NCBI GenBank assembly: GCA_019058315.1
Contig: JAHPZH010000003.1
Location: forward strand, 620,451-684,450
Length of the DNA: 64,000 nt
Direction: 5' to 3'
DNA from: Candidatus Helarchaeota archaeon
GTDB taxonomy: Archaea; Asgardarchaeota; Lokiarchaeia; Helarchaeales; RDOG01
Made by a program: the position numbers and the translations under genes. Below, in pieces: positions 59,120 to 64,000 of this stretch (its first letter is position 1; each line of letters opens with the position of its first letter). The notes beneath the pieces were generated by a model that was not told the origin of the DNA, did no database searches, and was given only the letters and a program-made list of their open reading frames with translations.

Positions 59120-60136
59120 TCATTCTATTAAATTAGATGTTTTGAATTTTTCTAGTTTAAAAATATAAAGAATGATGAGAATTCCACAAATAATTATTGA
59201 AACTGGAATAATTACATACAATGTTATTTCAGGACCATGCCAAGGAAGAGCAGCATGAAAAATATATGCAAAATATAATAATAGTAATGAAATATAATAA
59301 GAATCAGTTCTACGAGTAATTTCGCATAATATCAAGCCGAAAAGAGTAAATGTTAAAGCAAACCCAAAAGTATGCCAAGGATAAGCAAATCCAAAACAAA
59401 CTGAAATTATAAGATATGCAAATATTGTTTTAGTTTTGCTCATAAACATTTTAAATCCCCATTTATAGAAAAATGAAGTCATAGCCCATAATTGGATGAA
59501 TTTTATAACAAAAAAAAAGAAATACATTGTAAAATTGAATAAAGAACAGCAATGCCAAAGAGCTGAAACTGCTCCATAGCCATATGCGCTTAAAACTACA
59601 ATAAATATTTCTTTATCAATATTTTTTTTAGAAATTGCAAAATCTTCTTTATTAAATTTAAAGATTATTTTGAACAATTCTGGGAGTAATCCTATTACGA
59701 TTAGACTTAACATGGAATGAAAGAATAACGGACCCATTCCTAAGGGAGCATTTGGATCCCACCAAGAATATCCTATTAAAAAATTTATTATTATAAAGCC
59801 TCCAGTTGTCCCAAAAAAAGCAATAATTTCAATTTTGTTTACTGGTCGTTTTTTAAATGAAATTGGCTCCCATTGCATAAGAAACAAAATACAGATTCCT
59901 AGAATAATAAAACCTAGTATAGCTAAGGATTTCATACCAATCTCGCCACCTAATTCCCACATTCCTTCTATCCAAGTTCTACCATTAATCGGAGGTTCGC
60001 CAACAACGTTTAGAGAGAGATATTCTAAAAGATTAATGGGAACAAATATAATTAAATTAATTGTGATTGTAACGAATATTAAAACAATTAAAAGACTCTT
60101 CGATTTTTCAGTTAATACATTAAACATATTTCTCAT
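59120..60136 (-). CDS. Polytopic membrane protein with a degenerate CPBP (CAAX-protease-like) C-terminal region
   Basis: About ten TM helices. FGFAYPWH...FGLIL...RRTDSYYISLLL resembles CPBP motifs, but no EExxxR motif is present. Confidence 0.55.
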   Translation of the reverse strand: MRNMFNVLTEKSKSLLIVLIFVTITINLIIFVPINLLEYLSLNVVGEPPINGRTWIEGMWELGGEIGMKSLAILGFIILGICILFLMQWEPISFKKRPVNKIEIIAFFGTTGGFIIINFLIGYSWWDPNAPLGMGPLFFHSMLSLIVIGLLPELFKIIFKFNKEDFAISKKNIDKEIFIVVLSAYGYGAVSALWHCCSLFNFTMYFFFFVIKFIQLWAMTSFFYKWGFKMFMSKTKTIFAYLIISVCFGFAYPWHTFGFALTFTLFGLILCEITRRTDSYYISLLLLYFAYIFHAALPWHGPEITLYVIIPVSIIICGILIILYIFKLEKFKTSNLIE

Positions 60137-60199
60137 AGCGCATCATCAAAAATAATCTTATAATTTTAAAAAAAAAAGATATTTATTTTTAGATTAATT

Positions 60200-60685
60200 C
60201 TAAATTTTTGCTTTTGTTTTTTGAAGAGCTATAATTTCTAATACTACAATTACACCAGCAAGAATAAAAGTGACAATTGCCCTCACAAGTGTAATATTAA
60301 GTTCTCTGATTGAAGCAGGCATGGATATTATGACTAAAAATTGCATAAAAGAATCGCCTTCGAAAAGCAGAAGCCAAATCAATGTTCTCATTGGAAGAAT
60401 GGATATTGTATTAAGTATAAATATCGTATTGCCAATTTCCGATCCAAAAAGTAGACCTATTGCGCCCATTCCAACCCCAAAACCAACCTTGAAAAGATCT
60501 TCACTATCCCAGATACCACTTATAAATATGAAAATTCCCGAGTTAATTACTATTAATACTCCTAAGATCCTAAGGATGTCAACTAATCGAGGAGCATCTT
60601 CATATACTGGAAATCCTGTTAACACAAAACCTATAATCAAGATAATTATTCCAAGTGTAAATACATCTCTATTTTCTATTGCCAT
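60200..60685 (-). CDS. Membrane protein (4-5 TM)
   Basis: Hydrophobic helices throughout; GGAG SD. Confidence 0.7.
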   Translation of the reverse strand: MAIENRDVFTLGIIILIIGFVLTGFPVYEDAPRLVDILRILGVLIVINSGIFIFISGIWDSEDLFKVGFGVGMGAIGLLFGSEIGNTIFILNTISILPMRTLIWLLLFEGDSFMQFLVIISMPASIRELNITLVRAIVTFILAGVIVVLEIIALQKTKAKI

Positions 60686-60902
60686 ATCATTTGCTCCATT
60701 TCAAAATTATATAATAATGAATTATAAATAAACTATTTTATGAATTTTTTTAAATAAATTGCCTAGGAATATAGATTTAGTTATTTGTTTATTTTTACGA
60801 AATTAACTTGTAATTCAAAATTATTAAACCCTCAGTGTTTTAGTTATACTAACCTAGGTCTTAAATACTAACTTTCGTTTTTATTCTCAAAAATAGAGGT
60901 GA

Positions 60903-61178
60903 GTGTTTATGGATTTTAATAATAAAACCCAAGTAGAAAATAAGATAGCAGAACTTATAGCTGAGGTTAAAAAAGAAGGATGTGCCAAGGCAAAATATGA
61001 AGAATTGGGTTCTATTCTAAATAAAATAGGTCAAGATGAAGACCTTTTAAAAAAATATGAAACACTATTTGATGATGCATTAGACGAAATGATGATGTCA
61101 GGAGTTAGCATGGAAAAATGTGGTTGTGATCCATTACTTAAAAAAATCCCAGCGGATAAAGAGCCGAAAAAACCTTAA
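60903..61178 (+). CDS. Small hypothetical protein
   Basis: GAGGTGA SD, charged helical composition, KCGCDP. Confidence 0.6.
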   Translation: MFMDFNNKTQVENKIAELIAEVKKEGCAKAKYEELGSILNKIGQDEDLLKKYETLFDDALDEMMMSGVSMEKCGCDPLLKKIPADKEPKKP

Positions 61179-61209
61179 TCTTTTTATTTTTATTATTATA
61201 CTGGACATT

Positions 61210-61518
61210 TTAAAATGTCTGTACTACATCCCAGTCTAAAATATGGTATTCATTATTAATCTCTTCAATATTTAAATTTATAATCGTTTCTTCTTCTTGA
61301 GTCCATTCAATACTCCATCGTGCGATTATTTTTGATGGTTCAATATAGATATTCCATTCTCCCACGCACCAAATATCTTTTTGAATTTTCCCTTTTCTTC
61401 CTTTAATTGAATCTTCACTTAATGGTAAACCGCTTAATAATGAATTATTCTTATTTTCTTGGATAAACCCAATAATACAATGTTCAATAAGATCTAAATT
61501 CGGAACTTTTTCTCTCAT
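61210..61518 (-). CDS. Small hypothetical protein
   Basis: Plausible beta-rich ORF with AAAGGA SD. No motif recognised. Confidence 0.55.
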   Translation of the reverse strand: MREKVPNLDLIEHCIIGFIQENKNNSLLSGLPLSEDSIKGRKGKIQKDIWCVGEWNIYIEPSKIIARWSIEWTQEEETIINLNIEEINNEYHILDWDVVQTF

Positions 61519-61633
61519 TATATTTCCTTTATCTTTTATTTATTTTACAAAATTTTTTAACACATAATCCATATATGTCTTTTACATAAAAGCAAATACC
61601 AAAATAAGAAAGATATGATTAAGAGGCTTAATA

Positions 61634-62821
61634 ATGGAAAAGAAGAAATTTAAGTTCTTACGTGGATTTGCCACAAGAGCTATTCATTCTACAATACCAA
61701 AAGAAGAGGAAAGTCGTCCTATTACCTCACCGATATATCAGACTACATCCTTTGATGTAAAAGATGCGTTTATAAAACAAATCAGCCCTAAATATATTTA
61801 TACAAGAGGAGGCAATCCAACATTACACGAATTAGAAGTAAAACTTGCAAATTTAGAAAATGGTGATATAGGGGAGACCTTTGCATCAGGTATGGGTGCT
61901 ATTTCTACAACTGTTCTTTCAATCGCTAAAAAGGGGGATGAAATAATTGCAGACTATGAATTATATGGAGGTACCCAAGGTCTATTTAATAGTGTTGTTC
62001 GAGACTGTGGAATTAAAGTCAATTATATAGACATGACTAATTTCGATCAGGTTCTAGAAGCTATTAATAATAGAACCAAACTTATTTTCCTTGAAACTCC
62101 GGCTAATCCAACTTTAAAAATTACTAATTTAGAAGAAATTTCAAAAATTGCTAAAGAGAAAGAAATTATTACAGCTGCGGATAATACCTTTAATAGTCCA
62201 TATAATTCACGTCCATTGGAGCATGGTATAAATTTTGTAATACATTCTCTCACAAAATTTATTGGAGGTCATGGAGACGCTATAGGTGGTGTGGCAGTAT
62301 CAAAAAGGAGCGATTTTAAATTAATGACTGAAATTAAAAAGAATGCACATGGAATTGGAGCGTGTTTATCACCTTTTAATGCTTTTCTATTTCTTAGAGG
62401 TTTAAAGACTTTAGAACTTAGGATGCAAAGACATAATTATAATGCAACAGAATTAGCCAAAGCTCTCGAGGAAAGAACTGATAAAATCGGAAAAGTTCTT
62501 TATCCGGGATTACCTTCGCATCCTCAGCATGAATTAGCAAAAAAACAGATGGATGGATTTGGTTGTATTGTAAGTTTTTATTTGAAAAAAGGAACTAATG
62601 TCCAGAAATTCCTTAGGAATCTAGAAATTCCACATTATACTGTTAGTCTTGGAGATTGCGATAGTTTAATTGAAGACCCTTATAATCTAACGCATTTTTC
62701 AGTTTCCCATAAAGTTAAAAAAATGATAGGAATAACAAAATACATGATTAGAGTAAGTGTTGGTCTAGAAAACGTGGATGATTTAATAGATGATTTTAAT
62801 AATTCATTAGATTTACTATGA
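61634..62821 (+). CDS. PLP-dependent trans-sulfuration enzyme (methionine gamma-lyase/cystathionine gamma-synthase family)
   Basis: PIYQTTSF, YTRGGNPT, SGMGAI, ETPANP, DNTF, HSLTKFIGGHGD, RGLKTL, SLG, IRVSVGLE. Confidence 0.93.
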   Translation: MEKKKFKFLRGFATRAIHSTIPKEEESRPITSPIYQTTSFDVKDAFIKQISPKYIYTRGGNPTLHELEVKLANLENGDIGETFASGMGAISTTVLSIAKKGDEIIADYELYGGTQGLFNSVVRDCGIKVNYIDMTNFDQVLEAINNRTKLIFLETPANPTLKITNLEEISKIAKEKEIITAADNTFNSPYNSRPLEHGINFVIHSLTKFIGGHGDAIGGVAVSKRSDFKLMTEIKKNAHGIGACLSPFNAFLFLRGLKTLELRMQRHNYNATELAKALEERTDKIGKVLYPGLPSHPQHELAKKQMDGFGCIVSFYLKKGTNVQKFLRNLEIPHYTVSLGDCDSLIEDPYNLTHFSVSHKVKKMIGITKYMIRVSVGLENVDDLIDDFNNSLDLL

Positions 62822-62827
62822 AATATA

Positions 62828-63793
62828 ATGAAGATCAGTGAATTATCAAAATTTAAGCATAGTAACCCTATTTTATCATTAGCTATTTCCTCTGATGGAA
62901 AATATATCGTTTGCGGCTCAAATGATATTCATATTTGGGATATAACAAATGAAAAGCTTGTCCGTATTCTTGAAGGAAAAAATGATATTTTTTATTCTCT
63001 AGCATTTTCTAATGACTCAAAATACATCATTGGTGGTTCTCTTGATAAAACTCTTAAAATTTGGGAAATTGATACAGGAAAACTTGTTCATATTCTTGAA
63101 GGTCATGAACAACCTATTGTTGCAGTTAAGGTAACTCCAAATGGAAAATATATTGTTAGTGGATCTCGTGATTTTAGCGTTAAAGTGTGGAATATGGATA
63201 GTGGTGACTGTTTCCAAACGTTTAATGCGCACTGGGGTCCCGTAAAATCGATTGCAATTTCTCCAGATGGAAAATATCTTGTGAGTGGTTCTGGTGAATA
63301 TCGTTATTCAGGAACCAAAGATTACACCCTTAAACTTTGGGATTTAGAGAAGGGTATGCCTCTGCATACATTCATCGGACATGAGCACGATATACCCTCT
63401 GTTGAATTTTCACCCGATGGAAAATTTATTATCAGTGGTTCTTGGGATAATTCAATAAAAATCTGGAGATTAAAAACACGTACTCTTATCGATTCTATTG
63501 AAGATGCACAAGATTCTGTTCCAGTATATTCAATTGCAATCTCACAAGATGGAAAATATATTATTGGTGCCTTACAGAATGGTAATATTAAATTTTGGGA
63601 TTTTAAAACTAGGAGATATCTATATACACTAAAAGCACATAAGGGAGTGATCTGGTCGATATTAGTTTCTAATGACGATAATTATCTCATCAGTGGATCA
63701 GATGATAAATTAGTAAAAGTCTGGAACTTTTTAGAATTAAAGAAAGAATGTGAAATGAAAGTTAAATTAAAAATAGGGGATAAATACTTTTAA
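62828..63793 (+). CDS. WD40-repeat beta-propeller (7 blades)
   Basis: Repeated GH...V...SPDGKY.VSGS.D..K.W pattern. Confidence 0.92.
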   Translation: MKISELSKFKHSNPILSLAISSDGKYIVCGSNDIHIWDITNEKLVRILEGKNDIFYSLAFSNDSKYIIGGSLDKTLKIWEIDTGKLVHILEGHEQPIVAVKVTPNGKYIVSGSRDFSVKVWNMDSGDCFQTFNAHWGPVKSIAISPDGKYLVSGSGEYRYSGTKDYTLKLWDLEKGMPLHTFIGHEHDIPSVEFSPDGKFIISGSWDNSIKIWRLKTRTLIDSIEDAQDSVPVYSIAISQDGKYIIGALQNGNIKFWDFKTRRYLYTLKAHKGVIWSILVSNDDNYLISGSDDKLVKVWNFLELKKECEMKVKLKIGDKYF

Positions 63794-63884
63794 TATCAGT
63801 ATTAATATTCATGTGAGTATCTGAACTTTTGGGGGAAGGTTGTAAATAATTAGGAACCCTATAAAGAATAATTTGGTTTGAAAA

Positions 63885-64000
63885 GTGCAAAAAGAGTGTA
63901 AATGGTATACAGTTTGCCCCATGAAGAGATTTTATGAACAGGGAAAATTGGATGAAAAGTGGATTAGATTATATTGTAGGGGAGATTGGAAGATTTGCGT
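63885..64000 (+). CDS. 3'-truncated small Cys-rich protein (not in the ORF track)
   Basis: GTG start, MQKECKWYTVCPMKRFYEQGKLDEKWIRLYCRGDWKIC running off the window. C-x5-C-P...Y-C-x6-C pattern of a small metal-binding family. Confidence 0.65.
   Translation, partial: MQKECKWYTVCPMKRFYEQGKLDEKWIRLYCRGDWKIC

Noticed and set aside
60270-60731. 153-aa plus-strand ORF
   Set aside because: Overlaps the minus-strand membrane protein, which has an SD and clear TM pattern; likely shadow.

Overview
AT-rich archaeal DNA whose gene content points to an Asgard archaeon of the Loki/Hel type. That assignment is inferred from five small GTPases (one Rab-like, four Rag/Arf-like), longin/roadblock-like and V4R domains, a WD40 protein, a Get3/ArsA ATPase, and a UGA-selenocysteine mvhD with a eukaryote-like SECIS. 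Main blocks: (1) 1-20 kb: a longin-like protein next to a RagA-like GTPase, then a DNA-repair cluster (XPD, Hef/FANCM-like helicase with an apparent GINS-B-like N-terminal domain, RadA paralog, RecJ/GAN-like DHH protein, duplicated two-OB-fold SSB/RPA). (2) 20-28 kb: Rab-like GTPase, rhamnulokinase, HAD hydrolase, PadR-Hsp20 with tandem palindromic operators, Get3/ArsA. (3) 28-42 kb: a condensin-type locus (scpA, two divergent scpB/kite paralogs, smc), preceded on the same strand by a 1473-aa membrane-anchored barrel/winged-helix/coiled-coil protein and interrupted by two V4R genes and a GTPase. (4) 44-47 kb: GTPase-longin-GTPase triplet. (5) 47-55 kb: hdrD-like, hdrA, a double FG-GAP propeller surface protein, and Sec-mvhD with SECIS. 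(6) 55-64 kb: metabolic, membrane and WD40 genes. Features missing from the ORF track: the recoded full-length mvhD, three related intergenic long-stem hairpins with C/U-rich loops, a 39-aa small ORF, and a truncated Cys-rich ORF at the right edge. No rRNA, tRNA, CRISPR array or transposase was recognised. All family assignments come from motif recognition by eye; no database searches were run.
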